Notes under the pieces: model-generated | The model's database searches: none | The model's input: only the letters and a program-made list of their open reading frames with translations | What the model was told of the DNA's origin: nothing | Translations under genes and position numbers: made by a program | Origin: Promethearchaeota archaeon | GTDB taxonomy: Archaea > Asgardarchaeota > Lokiarchaeia > Sigyniarchaeales > SOKP01 | DNA: 64,000 nt | Assembly (NCBI GenBank): GCA_048940925.1 | Contig: JBHLOC010000001.1 | Span: 201,158-265,157, forward strand | Reading direction: 5' to 3' | Shown: one piece after another, positions 53,303 through 63,331 of the stretch | Layout of the letters: each line of letters starts with the position of its first letter | How positions within the stretch are numbered: the first letter of the stretch is position 1

Positions 53303-54346
53303 TTGAGGTTAATTTCAATGGTAGAGCCCAAAGATATTGATTTTTATTCATTAGGTTTCAATTTTATTGAAACAAAGACTATGTTTGTTTCTAATTATAA
53401 GAATGGTAAATGGGATGAGGGCAAACTAGAACCCTTTGGAAACTTTGAAATATCACCTGCTTCATGCGTTCTAAATTATGGACAAGGGATATTCGAGGGA
53501 ATGAAAGCCCTAAAAGCTAAAAACGGAGAAATCACGTTGTTTCGACCGGAAGAAAATGGAAAAAGGTTTAATTTCAGCGCTAAGAGAATGCTGATGCCGG
53601 AATATGACTTAAATAAATTCTTAGATGCCATTAAAAAAGTTGTTAAAGTTAATGAAGATTATATTCCTCCATATGATAGTGGTGGTGCTCTATATATAAG
53701 ACCTATATTATTTGGTTCTGGTCCAATCTTAGGAGTATCTTCAGCAAATGAGTTTAAACTAATTATTTATACCGTTCCTGTCGGGCCTTACTTCCCTGAA
53801 GGATTTAAAGGTATTGATCTAGAAATATCAAAAAAATATACGAGAGCTGCTCCAGGAGGAACTGGCTCAGCTAAAACAATTTGTAATTATGCTGGTACAA
53901 TGCTGCCCGCAAAAGAAACAAAACAGAGAGGATATGCTCAGATTTTATATTTAGATGCTATTATGATGGAATACATTGAAGAAGTCGGGACTGCCAATTT
54001 TTTTGGATTAATAAATAACAAATTGGCTACTCCAAGAAAAACTGGAACAATTCTTGAAGGAATAACGAGAGAATCAATTTTATTACTTACTTCAAAAAAA
54101 CTTAGTTTTAAAGTTGAAGAGCGAGATATTTCATATAATGAATTATTCGAAGATGGCTGCACCGAAGCTTTTTGTACTGGAACTGCAGCTGTTATAACAC
54201 CAATTGCTTCAGTTACTTTAGAAGGAAAACAACGAGTGTTTAATAATAGAGAACCTGGAGAGTTAACAAAAAAATTGTACAAAATTTTGACAGGAATTCA
54301 ACGTCTAGATATTGAAGATGAATTTGGATGGATTGTTAAAGTCTGA
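53303..54346 (+). CDS. ilvE: Branched-chain amino acid aminotransferase (likely start ATG 53318)
   Basis: LNYGQGIFEGMKA, LYIRP, AKTICNY, ILEGITR, GTAAVITP. Confidence 0.93.
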   Translation: MRLISMVEPKDIDFYSLGFNFIETKTMFVSNYKNGKWDEGKLEPFGNFEISPASCVLNYGQGIFEGMKALKAKNGEITLFRPEENGKRFNFSAKRMLMPEYDLNKFLDAIKKVVKVNEDYIPPYDSGGALYIRPILFGSGPILGVSSANEFKLIIYTVPVGPYFPEGFKGIDLEISKKYTRAAPGGTGSAKTICNYAGTMLPAKETKQRGYAQILYLDAIMMEYIEEVGTANFFGLINNKLATPRKTGTILEGITRESILLLTSKKLSFKVEERDISYNELFEDGCTEAFCTGTAAVITPIASVTLEGKQRVFNNREPGELTKKLYKILTGIQRLDIEDEFGWIVKV

Positions 54347-54372
54347 GGTAATTTATTCTTTTCATCCCAATA

Positions 54373-54882
54373 TTAATTTGAGAGCTTTCTAATAAACTCA
54401 TCAAAAGCACGTTTTACATTATGTCCTGTCTTCGATGATATCCTCAAGTATCCAATAATATTATTATATTTTTTTGTTAATTCTAACACATAATCATCAA
54501 AAATTTTATAATTATCATCATCCATTTGGTCACTTTTATTACCTAAAATAAAAGCAGGAATACTTCCATAAACTTTTAACTTTTTTATCCATTCTTCAAT
54601 ATTTACAAGTGTCTTGAATCTTGAAAAATCAAACAATACAAAAGCAGCGAGTGAACCATCAACAAAATTGGATAATAACCGTTTAAAATGATTTTGCCCG
54701 GCAAAATCCCACATGATGAATTTATATTCATGTCCGTTTATTTGAATATCTTTTGAGAAAAAGTCAACACCTATCGTTAATTCGCTATTCGCATCAAATT
54801 TATCATGAATTAATCGATTAAGAAATGAAGTTTTACCTACTCCACCATCTCCAGAGACAATGATTTTTACTGTTCTTTTCAT
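54373..54882 (-). CDS. Rab-like small GTPase
   Basis: GDGGVGKT, TIGVDF, WDFAGQ, NKSD, SSK. Confidence 0.92.
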   Translation of the reverse strand: MKRTVKIIVSGDGGVGKTSFLNRLIHDKFDANSELTIGVDFFSKDIQINGHEYKFIMWDFAGQNHFKRLLSNFVDGSLAAFVLFDFSRFKTLVNIEEWIKKLKVYGSIPAFILGNKSDQMDDDNYKIFDDYVLELTKKYNNIIGYLRISSKTGHNVKRAFDEFIRKLSN

Positions 54883-55063
54883 ATCAATATAAATTATTTT
54901 TGTTAGAATTTAAAAAACAACGATAAAAATTAAACTGCGTAATAAGAGAAAAAAAAAAAACTTTAGTATTTATCTTAGGTTTAGAGTAACTTAATGTAAA
55001 ATTAATCTTTCAAGTAATTATTTGACATTACTAAGTAAATTATATTCCAGATTTTGATTAATT

Positions 55064-58000
55064 TTATATATCTTCTTTAGGTAATAAATCTGGGTATATT
55101 GGTTCAAATTTTTGAGTAAATAATTTATGATTCATCCATTTTTTATCATTTGGATTCCATATAAGATTCTTTAAAGGATTATACTTCTTCAAGAAGTCTA
55201 AACTGCCATAAATTGACTTAATTAACTGAGAGCCATCAACTAAATCATTCAAGATTAGGTAATCTTTAATCTCTAAATATTCGAATAATAAATTGAATAG
55301 CCGAATAAATTCATGAAGTTCACATTTAGGCAAGTAAAGCTTGATCATTAAGCCATTTTCGAAATTGACTTCTTCGGGAAATTCATAGATAAAATATTCA
55401 CCTTCAATTTCATAGATAAAACCATAATTGAAAAAGCTAAAGATTTTCACAAAAGTTTCATTTAATTCTTGTTTTACATTTGGTATGATAATGTAGATTT
55501 TGTTATGAAGATCCAAATTCTTTAAAGATAAATAGGGAATTATTAAATCTCTCTTCAATAGGTTTTTAATATGATTTATGATTGAATGTTTTTGGGTTCC
55601 TAAATAAGATTTAATATCTATCGATTTCCAATTATAAATACTGGTTAATGATACATATTCAGGAGATTCTGGCTCAAAATATGAGGAGATTGACTTATCT
55701 GCTATTAGGAATTCTTTAACTTCTGGAATTTGGATATTATAATCAGGATTGAAAAGTATATTTTGCATATATATTTTAAATCTGTCTTTATCATAAATCC
55801 AGCCTTCTGGGCCAAGATTATTACTAAAATGACAAATCTGATAAATTTTTTTAATAACAAAAGCACAATATTCGGAGATTATTTTTTTTGCTTTTGTTAA
55901 CCAATTCAGATATTTAAGATTGGGTTTATTATGTGGTATTATATATTTAATGAAAAAAGAATTTGAATCATCTATATAAGGAGGATATAAAATTTTTTGA
56001 AAAGTGTTAATGAAAAGAAGTTTAAAATCAAGTTCCTCTATATTTGTTGGATGGATATATAAATAATATTGACTAAATTTAAAATTTTGAAGCCTAGGAA
56101 TAATTTTTATAGATTTAATATAATTTTTGAAAAAATATTGACGTTTAATATCTTTAAATTTCAAAGTATCTTGTAAATTATTTTTGAGATTTAAATGAAA
56201 ATCTAATAACTTATTGAGATGAATTATATTGAAATCGAAATTTTCTCGAGAAAATCTATCATTAACTTTTTTTACTAAATTTATCATACTTTTTTCATTC
56301 GACCAAAATCTGTTTTTTTGATCAAAATTTCTCTTTTTGTGTATTGTTAATTCTGGTCCAAATATCTTTTGAATATACTGAAAAAATTGTTCATAAAGGT
56401 CTTTTGTATAAAAAAATTTTTTTTGATCAAAATCATAAAAGTTTTTACTTGATAATGCTTGAATATATCCACTCCATAAATAAAATTTTCCATATAAGAT
56501 ATTCTCTTTTAAATTATTATATATAAATGAGAATAATTGTTCTTTTTCTTCAGTTGTTAAATAAGGGCTATAAATTTCCACGAAAAAGTTGTTTTTATCA
56601 GTAGAAATATTTTTAGATTGTAATATTGATACATTAGGGTAGATATTTTTTAATTTATCTAAAAAATTTCGAGTTTCTTGAGATTCAATTAAGATTAACT
56701 CAAATGTTTCTTCTCTGAATTGAGTGATAGGAATTGTTGTGATAATTTTTGGTTGTATCTGCGGCGGTTTATGATTCAAAAATTTTCCTAATCTTTTATC
56801 GATTTCTCGACTTGTTATATTACGAAGTTTATATCTATTATATATTTTATTAAATTTCTGATCTTTCCTATTATAAAGTGTATCAACTAGGGATTCTTTT
56901 TCTAGAATTTCTTGAATAACATTCAAATTGAATAATTTCAAGTTATAACAAGAATTAAATAATTCATAAAAATTCTTATATTTCTCTATGAGATTATGAT
57001 ATTGTAATTTAGATTTGAAGAAAATAGGCACTAATTCTTCATAAATAATTTTTTTTATCTCTTTATTATTTAATAGAATATTTTCTTCTATCGAATATGA
57101 AACTTTTTTGTTTTCAATTAAATCTTGAAATTTAAAAATGTTGTTTATTTTTAAATCACTGGATAGTATTTTATTGAGCAATTTCACAAGGATTAATAAA
57201 TCGTCGAAAAATGTTTTAATAAAGAAGAATCCGAATTTTTTATTGGCTTCTATAAATTTTATTAATTCTGTCCTTAAATCTTCAAAAGAATAGAAAAATT
57301 TTAGAGTATTTTTCAAATTTTTGATTATAGAACTTTGAGTTGTAATAGTATTTAATAAATCTGATTTCAAAGTTTGTAAAATTTCACTTCTTCTTTCGAA
57401 CCCAAACCCACTAATACTATAAAAGCGTATTCGATCAATAATTAAAAAATCGAGTAGAGATAATTCTGTCTCAAAAAATTTATTACCAAAATCAATTTTA
57501 AATTCAATAATATATTTTTTATTATACTCTCGATGATTTGGATTTATCAAACACTGGCTTTGCGAATATTCTTTAAAATAATTTAAATTAATTGTATATA
57601 CAAAGTCGTTAGGTGCTAAACACTGGTGTTTCATAATAAATCCATATTTTTTCATTCTTTCAATAAATCTTAGAAAATCCTCGAGATACACTTTAGGGAC
57701 TACAACGTATCCTAAAAGTTCTAAAGCAAAACCATTATATGAAAACTTTGGAGTAGAAAAAAAAGGTAATTTATCTATAATTGAATAAATCTTTCCTTTA
57801 TTTAATAAAGGATTAAATTTTAAGTAAATAATTACAAGACAGAGATTGATAGTTTTATAATTTAAATGATAATTAGGTGATATAAAAGTTTCAGTTTTAA
57901 TCCAATCCATATATTTAGAAAATTTTCTAAGACTTAACTCTGTTTGTATTTTTTTATTCTCTTTAAATTCTTGAAAATACTTTTTGTAGCTTAATAAATT

Positions 58001-58702
58001 TTTATAGTGCTTTACATCGTAAAAAATAATTATTAAACATCTAAGAGTTTCTATAAGTTCGTCATTAACCATCTTTTTTAAGAAATACTTCTCATACTCA
58101 TCAAAAAATAAGTTATGAATATATTCTATTCTTTCATGAATTATGGATTTATGCATTCTAATGTATTTAAAGAAAAATTGGGTCGGCGTAATTGATGTTC
58201 TCCTTCTTTGACCCTTAAAAAATTGGTCTAACCGATCGAATTCATTCAATCGGTCGAATCCTAAAGATAAAAAATCGTATTGTACAAGATTTTCTCTGAT
58301 AATAGATCTCCATTCATTTATTGTCTTATGTTTTGAAAGATCAATCATTATAATTTGATTGATAACCATCTGTATAGATTCGTAATCTTTTAGCTCAATA
58401 GGTACAAATAAATTGTAAATTTCTCTAAGCAATATGAAGGAGAGGAATTTTTGATAATTTTCATATATTTCTATTATCAAAACATTGTCTTGATCATATC
58501 TGTTAACACCAAAATTCAAAATGTTTCTGTATTCTAAATCTGTGGTAATCTTGTTTTTAATTATTTTGATTTTAAAGTTCTCATTAAACGGAACCAAATC
58601 CAAATATGCTTTTATCTCATTAAATAGAGTTTGAACAACAAAATTTAGGTTTTCTTCAATAATGATGTTATCCAAAATTTTAAAATCAGGTTTATTCAAC
58701 AT
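55064..58702 (-). CDS. Giant (~1212 aa) protein with repeated Lrp/AsnC-like units; putative regulator/receptor
   Basis: ATG 58702 chosen because it aligns with the paralog start; LLREIYN motif; repeated helix-(P..N...L)-beta units such as FISPNYHLNYKTINL and LLKRDLIIPYLSLKNLDL. Function is inference. Confidence 0.75.
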   Translation of the reverse strand: MLNKPDFKILDNIIIEENLNFVVQTLFNEIKAYLDLVPFNENFKIKIIKNKITTDLEYRNILNFGVNRYDQDNVLIIEIYENYQKFLSFILLREIYNLFVPIELKDYESIQMVINQIIMIDLSKHKTINEWRSIIRENLVQYDFLSLGFDRLNEFDRLDQFFKGQRRRTSITPTQFFFKYIRMHKSIIHERIEYIHNLFFDEYEKYFLKKMVNDELIETLRCLIIIFYDVKHYKNLLSYKKYFQEFKENKKIQTELSLRKFSKYMDWIKTETFISPNYHLNYKTINLCLVIIYLKFNPLLNKGKIYSIIDKLPFFSTPKFSYNGFALELLGYVVVPKVYLEDFLRFIERMKKYGFIMKHQCLAPNDFVYTINLNYFKEYSQSQCLINPNHREYNKKYIIEFKIDFGNKFFETELSLLDFLIIDRIRFYSISGFGFERRSEILQTLKSDLLNTITTQSSIIKNLKNTLKFFYSFEDLRTELIKFIEANKKFGFFFIKTFFDDLLILVKLLNKILSSDLKINNIFKFQDLIENKKVSYSIEENILLNNKEIKKIIYEELVPIFFKSKLQYHNLIEKYKNFYELFNSCYNLKLFNLNVIQEILEKESLVDTLYNRKDQKFNKIYNRYKLRNITSREIDKRLGKFLNHKPPQIQPKIITTIPITQFREETFELILIESQETRNFLDKLKNIYPNVSILQSKNISTDKNNFFVEIYSPYLTTEEKEQLFSFIYNNLKENILYGKFYLWSGYIQALSSKNFYDFDQKKFFYTKDLYEQFFQYIQKIFGPELTIHKKRNFDQKNRFWSNEKSMINLVKKVNDRFSRENFDFNIIHLNKLLDFHLNLKNNLQDTLKFKDIKRQYFFKNYIKSIKIIPRLQNFKFSQYYLYIHPTNIEELDFKLLFINTFQKILYPPYIDDSNSFFIKYIIPHNKPNLKYLNWLTKAKKIISEYCAFVIKKIYQICHFSNNLGPEGWIYDKDRFKIYMQNILFNPDYNIQIPEVKEFLIADKSISSYFEPESPEYVSLTSIYNWKSIDIKSYLGTQKHSIINHIKNLLKRDLIIPYLSLKNLDLHNKIYIIIPNVKQELNETFVKIFSFFNYGFIYEIEGEYFIYEFPEEVNFENGLMIKLYLPKCELHEFIRLFNLLFEYLEIKDYLILNDLVDGSQLIKSIYGSLDFLKKYNPLKNLIWNPNDKKWMNHKLFTQKFEPIYPDLLPKEDI

Positions 58703-58787
58703 TTTTATATTATGTCTATTCGAAATAACTCTAATAGAATTCAAATATTTATTTTTTAATTTTTAATCTTTGCAATTTTATTAGACG

Positions 58788-58795
58788 TTTATATA
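58788..58795 (+). promoter_or_regulatory. TATA box for micro-ORF 1 (leaderless spacing)
   Basis: TTTATATA centred ~26 nt upstream of ATG 58817. Confidence 0.5.
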
Positions 58796-58816
58796 TATTA
58801 ATTTAAATAAATTTAT

Positions 58817-58849
58817 ATGTTCCGTGGAGACGGTGGAGGAGTTCCTTAG
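58817..58849 (+). CDS. 10-aa micropeptide MFRGDGGGVP
   Basis: ATG..TAG; paralogous to 59189-59221 with synonymous differences. Confidence 0.65.
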   Translation: MFRGDGGGVP

Positions 58850-58853
58850 ATAA

Positions 58854-58891
58854 TGTACCCCTATAATGGGTTATACTGTATTTTTTTTTTT
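58854..58891 (+). terminator. Imperfect palindrome + T11 tract after micro-ORF 1
   Basis: TGTACCCCTATAATGGGTTATAC then poly-T. Confidence 0.5.
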
Positions 58892-59073
58892 GATTTAAGT
58901 TTGACAGAACTCTTATCTTTATTAATATTAATTTTTATATCTTGATGAAAGGATTCTAAATTTAAATAAATCTTCATTTCAATCAAAAGAAATTGAAATA
59001 TATCATCTAAGTCTTTCTGAATTTCATTTTCTGATAAATTTTCTAATATTCTTAAATCAGGATTACTAAACAT
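58861..59073 (-). pseudogene. Truncated paralog of the giant protein N-terminus
   Basis: MFSNPDLRILEN..EMKIYLNLESFHQDIKI vs MLNKPDFKILDN..EIKAYLDLVPFNENFKI; similarity ends after ~55 aa. Confidence 0.75.
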
Positions 59074-59188
59074 TGTCTCATTATTTTTATTAAGATTTAT
59101 CTTGATAAAATTAAATATTCAAAAATTTAACCTTTACTCATTTTCACTTTTTTTCATATTCTATATATCTATTTTTTAAAATATTATT

Positions 59189-59221
59189 ATGTTTCATGGA
59201 GATGGTGACTTAAGCCCCTAA
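59189..59221 (+). CDS. 10-aa micropeptide MFHGDGDLSP
   Basis: ATG..TAA; CTATATAT at 59161-59168 upstream; paralog of 58817-58849. Confidence 0.65.
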   Translation: MFHGDGDLSP

Positions 59222-59223
59222 AG

Positions 59224-59251
59224 TGTATCCCCTTAAGGGGATACATTTTTT
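59224..59251 (+). terminator. Perfect 22-bp palindrome + T-tract after micro-ORF 2
   Basis: TGTATCCCCTTAAGGGGATACA (59224-59245) then TTTTTT. Confidence 0.6.
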
Positions 59252-59514
59252 ATCTTTTTCTTTTTAAAGATTATTACACTAACTTTATTAGAAATTAATC
59301 TAATAAAAATAAAGAATTTAATATTCAATTTTTGTCAGTTTTCATTTTTATTGTATTTTAAATACATTTTTTAGAATAGATTGATATGCTACATGGCTCA
59401 AGTTTTGAGGGAATACCATAAATCGTATTCTCTTTATTAATAATAAAGGGACCACAATATTTTTCTTTGTCTAATAAAATACATTTAACAATTATTTCTA
59501 TTATATTGGAGCAA

Positions 59515-60219
59515 ATGAAAAAAAATAAAGAACTTTTTGGAGAAGCTATGTTAGAGTATTTAAAAGACAAATCTTCTAAATTATACTTACTTAAAAAAGA
59601 TAAAACGAAATTATTAGTTGATTTAAGCTATTATTTTCGAGATTTTCAAGACTTATCCCATTTAGAAAAAAAAGCGATTTCTCTCGTTAAAGGAGAAATT
59701 CTAGACATTGGATGTGCTACAGGATACTATATTCCAGTTTTAAAGAGATATGGAAATGTAGATGCTATAGATATTTCAGAATATGCCATAGGAATTGCTA
59801 GAAGGAATAGAATTAAAGAATGTCATGTAGCAGATATTTATAAATATAATCCTGCTAAAAAGTATGATACAATTACATTATTTGAGAATAATTTAGGTTT
59901 AGGAGGGACACTTTCAAAAACTAAAAGACTATTCAAGATTTTAGCTAAATTATTAAAAAGAAATGGTCAAATTATTGCCATAATGCGCCATACCGATTAT
60001 AGGGAAAAGTTCTACAGCTCGAAGTATATACCATTGTTGAATGGAAAACCTGCTAAAAAATTTAGATGGTTTTATTTTAATATCAACTTTTTACCAATAT
60101 TTTGTTATAAATCCAATTTAAAGTTAGAGATACTTGATCATGATGACGATGAAGGCAGAAAAATGTATTTGGTAAGAATGTTCCATATTAACTCTTTAAA
60201 AATTAAAGATTTTCACTAA
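59515..60219 (+). CDS. Class I SAM-dependent methyltransferase
   Basis: ILDIGCATG, AIDIS, YDTI; ATG 59515 preceded by GGAG. Confidence 0.88.
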   Translation: MKKNKELFGEAMLEYLKDKSSKLYLLKKDKTKLLVDLSYYFRDFQDLSHLEKKAISLVKGEILDIGCATGYYIPVLKRYGNVDAIDISEYAIGIARRNRIKECHVADIYKYNPAKKYDTITLFENNLGLGGTLSKTKRLFKILAKLLKRNGQIIAIMRHTDYREKFYSSKYIPLLNGKPAKKFRWFYFNINFLPIFCYKSNLKLEILDHDDDEGRKMYLVRMFHINSLKIKDFH

Positions 60220-60315
60220 ATAGTTACTTCATTCAGATTAGAAATTTATTTAATTAGCAAAAATCATGATGTTTTTAAATTTATAAATCAATTAAGATTT
60301 AAAATTATAGATAAA

Positions 60316-62076
60316 ATGAAGTCCTTTTTAATTTTCCTAAGTTGTAGTTGCATATTGTTTCTTTCTAATACCTTTTTTTATATTTTCAAGAAAAATGGAT
60401 ATAAGATGATTAAAACTAAAAAGATGATTTACTTTTTTTTTGTAATTTCTACAACTTTTCTTATATTAAATCTTCCATTTTTTATTGCTAATGATTCAGA
60501 TCTGTATTTGAATATCGACAATGAGGATTTTATTCCTACAATTATTTTTAACTTTTCCAATTTATTCTATTTGAGCTCGCTTATTATCTATATTATTACA
60601 ATTTTTCAAAATGATGAATGTGTAATAAATCTTGAAGTACCGTCGCATATTAATTCAAAAAGAGGAAATATTTTTATTGGAAGTATCTTAAAAGGGAAAA
60701 CTGCCAAACAGAGATTTAGATTATCGATAAAGGACTTAGAAAAGCATATGTTTATATGTGGAGCAACAGGTACGGGAAAAAGCAATTTTCTTCAACATTT
60801 TTTAATAAATTTTAAGAAGCTCTTTAAAATCCCCTTTTTTCTAGTTGAATTTAAAGGAGAATATCACTTTTTACAGAACAAAATTGATGATGTGGTGATC
60901 TTTTGGCCAGGTGAAAATTTTTCAATTAATATTTTTGATCCGAAAGGAACTAATCCTATCATTCACGCGGAGAGAATATTTGATATATTAAAGAGTGGGA
61001 AGTTTATAGAAGAATCAGCAGAGTTTTCTCCACAGATGGAAAAGGTTTTGGTTGAGATATTAACCAAGGTATGTCGAAATAAGGAATTTCAAAGTTGGAA
61101 TGGATTTGAACATGTTTGTGAAGATTATCTTCAAGAAAACAAACATGAAATTCCGATGTTAAATCAAACGTTAATAAGTATAAAAAATCGAATCAGGAGA
61201 TTCTCCAATGGTCCATTAAAAGTCATCTTTGAGAAAAACAATAAAATTGACATATTAGAATTGTTTAAAAATAACATATTATTGGATTTAAGCTCAATTA
61301 TCAGATTAGGAGGAGAGAAGGAGGATGCGTTTTTCTTCCTAAACATGATATTAAAATACCTATGGGATCAAAATCTAACTAAAGGTGCTTGCAATTTTGA
61401 TGGTATTAGTCACCTTACTATTATTGAGGATGCACAATATTTTGTCCCCCAAGATTTGATGAAACAGAGTAAATTAACTACTTATTTAGAAGATATTGCT
61501 CTATTACAAAGAGGTACAGGTGAATGTTTAATCACTCTAGCTACCCGTCCAGATATAAGCAAGGAAATCTTAGCTAATAATGGAATTGTTTTAACTTTTA
61601 AGAACCATATTGAAAAAGAGATCATGTGTGAATTATTAAATCTTGATAGCGAACACAAAAATTATTTATCGGTTTTAGAGGAGGGACAATGTATTATTAG
61701 AATTAATTCAATTAAGGAACCTTTTTTATTAAAAATTCCATATGTTAAGCATGAAGCATTGTCTATTACCGAAATTTATAATAACAATAAGTTAGTATTA
61801 CAAAAAAAGAAAATTAATAAATTTGAATCAAAATCAAAATTTAATATTAAGAGACTTTTCACTTGCTTCAAAAAATTTATTAAAAAAATAAAAGGAAATT
61901 TTTCAAATCAATCAAAAATGCTTAAAAAGTCTTATAAAAAACCTTTACATGTAAACCAATCCATATTGAATGATATAAAAAAAGAAAATAATGATTTTCA
62001 TTTAGATCAATTGGCTTTTGAAAATCTGAAAACTTATATCACTAAACTCTGTAAAATACAAAAGGAAAAAGAATAA
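60316..62076 (+). CDS. HerA/FtsK/VirB4-like ATPase with N-terminal TM helices
   Basis: KHMFICGATGTGKS, EFKGEY, INIFDP, IIEDAQ, LATRP. Confidence 0.85.
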   Translation: MKSFLIFLSCSCILFLSNTFFYIFKKNGYKMIKTKKMIYFFFVISTTFLILNLPFFIANDSDLYLNIDNEDFIPTIIFNFSNLFYLSSLIIYIITIFQNDECVINLEVPSHINSKRGNIFIGSILKGKTAKQRFRLSIKDLEKHMFICGATGTGKSNFLQHFLINFKKLFKIPFFLVEFKGEYHFLQNKIDDVVIFWPGENFSINIFDPKGTNPIIHAERIFDILKSGKFIEESAEFSPQMEKVLVEILTKVCRNKEFQSWNGFEHVCEDYLQENKHEIPMLNQTLISIKNRIRRFSNGPLKVIFEKNNKIDILELFKNNILLDLSSIIRLGGEKEDAFFFLNMILKYLWDQNLTKGACNFDGISHLTIIEDAQYFVPQDLMKQSKLTTYLEDIALLQRGTGECLITLATRPDISKEILANNGIVLTFKNHIEKEIMCELLNLDSEHKNYLSVLEEGQCIIRINSIKEPFLLKIPYVKHEALSITEIYNNNKLVLQKKKINKFESKSKFNIKRLFTCFKKFIKKIKGNFSNQSKMLKKSYKKPLHVNQSILNDIKKENNDFHLDQLAFENLKTYITKLCKIQKEKE

Positions 62077-62105
62077 ATTGTTAGATATTAAAATTCAATA
62101 TAGAT

Positions 62106-63317
62106 ATGACAATAAATATTGGAATTGTTGGAAAACCAAGTAGTGGAAAAACAACTTTTTTAAATGCTGCGTGTTTAACACATGCTAAGGTTAGCGAACT
62201 TCCATTTACTACAATTGATCCTAATAAAGGAGTTGCTTATGTAAAATCTAATTGTGTTTGTAAAGAATTAAATGTTGAAGATAATCCAAAAAATTCTATA
62301 TGTATAGATGGATATCGTTTTATACCTATAAACATGTTAGATGTCGCTGGTTTAGTTCCTGATGCTCATAAAGGGAAAGGTTTGGGGAATAAATTTTTAA
62401 ATGACTTAATTAAAGCTGATGTGCTTTTACATATTGTTGATGTTTCTGGATCACTTGATAAATCTGGAAATATTGTTGCAATGGGAAAAAATAACCCCTA
62501 TGAGGATATATTATTTCTAGAAGATGAAATTAATCTGTGGTTTAAGGATATTATAGAAAGAGAAGATTGGAGTAAATTTACGAAGGGAATATTAACAGAG
62601 AAAAGAAAAATTGTTGATGCTTTATATGATAGGATTTCAGGTATGAAAATTAGTAAAAAACAAATAATATCATCCTTAAAAAATTCAGATTTAGAAGGTA
62701 AAAATCCTGCAACTTGGTCGGATCAAGATATATTAGTATTTTCTAAAACATTACGCGAAATTTCAAAACCAATTTTAATAATAGCAAATAAAATCGATAA
62801 AGAAAGTAGTGAAGATAACTATAAGGAATTAAAAAAGAAATACACTAGTCCTATTATTCCATGTAGTGCTTTGGCTGAATACTATTTAAGGGAATTTCAT
62901 GAAAAAAAGTTTATTAATTACATTCCAGGTTCTACTGATTTTGAAATAATTGAACGACAGAAATTGGAAAAAAATGAATTAGATATGTTAAATAAAATAA
63001 AAGAAAAAATTTTATTACATTATGATGGTACTGGGATTCAAAAAGCCCTAAATTTTGCTTCATTTGAGATTGCGAATCAGATCTGTGTTTATCCCGTTTC
63101 TGACGTAAATACATATTCAGATAAAAGTGGTAATGTTTTACCTGACGTTTTCCTTGTGGAAAAGGGGACTTTATTAAGAGACTTTGTAAGAGATAAGATT
63201 CATAGTGAATTAGCTGAAAACTTTATGTTTGGAATCGATGTCAAAACGAAAAAACGTTTAGGAGAAAATTATGAATTAAAACATAAAGATATCATTAAAA
63301 TAACAACTGCAAAATAA
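62106..63317 (+). CDS. ychF: Obg-family YchF/Ygr210-like GTPase with TGS domain
   Basis: [30 protein letters not shown]. Confidence 0.9.
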   Translation: MTINIGIVGKPSSGKTTFLNAACLTHAKVSELPFTTIDPNKGVAYVKSNCVCKELNVEDNPKNSICIDGYRFIPINMLDVAGLVPDAHKGKGLGNKFLNDLIKADVLLHIVDVSGSLDKSGNIVAMGKNNPYEDILFLEDEINLWFKDIIEREDWSKFTKGILTEKRKIVDALYDRISGMKISKKQIISSLKNSDLEGKNPATWSDQDILVFSKTLREISKPILIIANKIDKESSEDNYKELKKKYTSPIIPCSALAEYYLREFHEKKFINYIPGSTDFEIIERQKLEKNELDMLNKIKEKILLHYDGTGIQKALNFASFEIANQICVYPVSDVNTYSDKSGNVLPDVFLVEKGTLLRDFVRDKIHSELAENFMFGIDVKTKKRLGENYELKHKDIIKITTAK

Positions 63318-63331
63318 AAATAAGGAATTTT

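Noticed and set aside
58823-58831. RGD integrin-binding motif in micropeptide 1
   Set aside because: The paralog has HGD; likely coincidence.
58817-59245. GGAGAYGGTG motifs as fluoride riboswitch, ORB boxes or IS ends
   Set aside because: The riboswitch pseudoknot partner, ORB GGAAA/G-string and a transposase are all absent; the codon-phase pattern of differences fits a peptide better.
1380-63114. Short overlapping ORFs in the track (e.g. 1380-1715, 24069-24356, 38477-38779, 49085-49474, 51956-52249, 53938-54282)
   Set aside because: Antisense or alternative-frame shadows of well-supported genes with no motifs.
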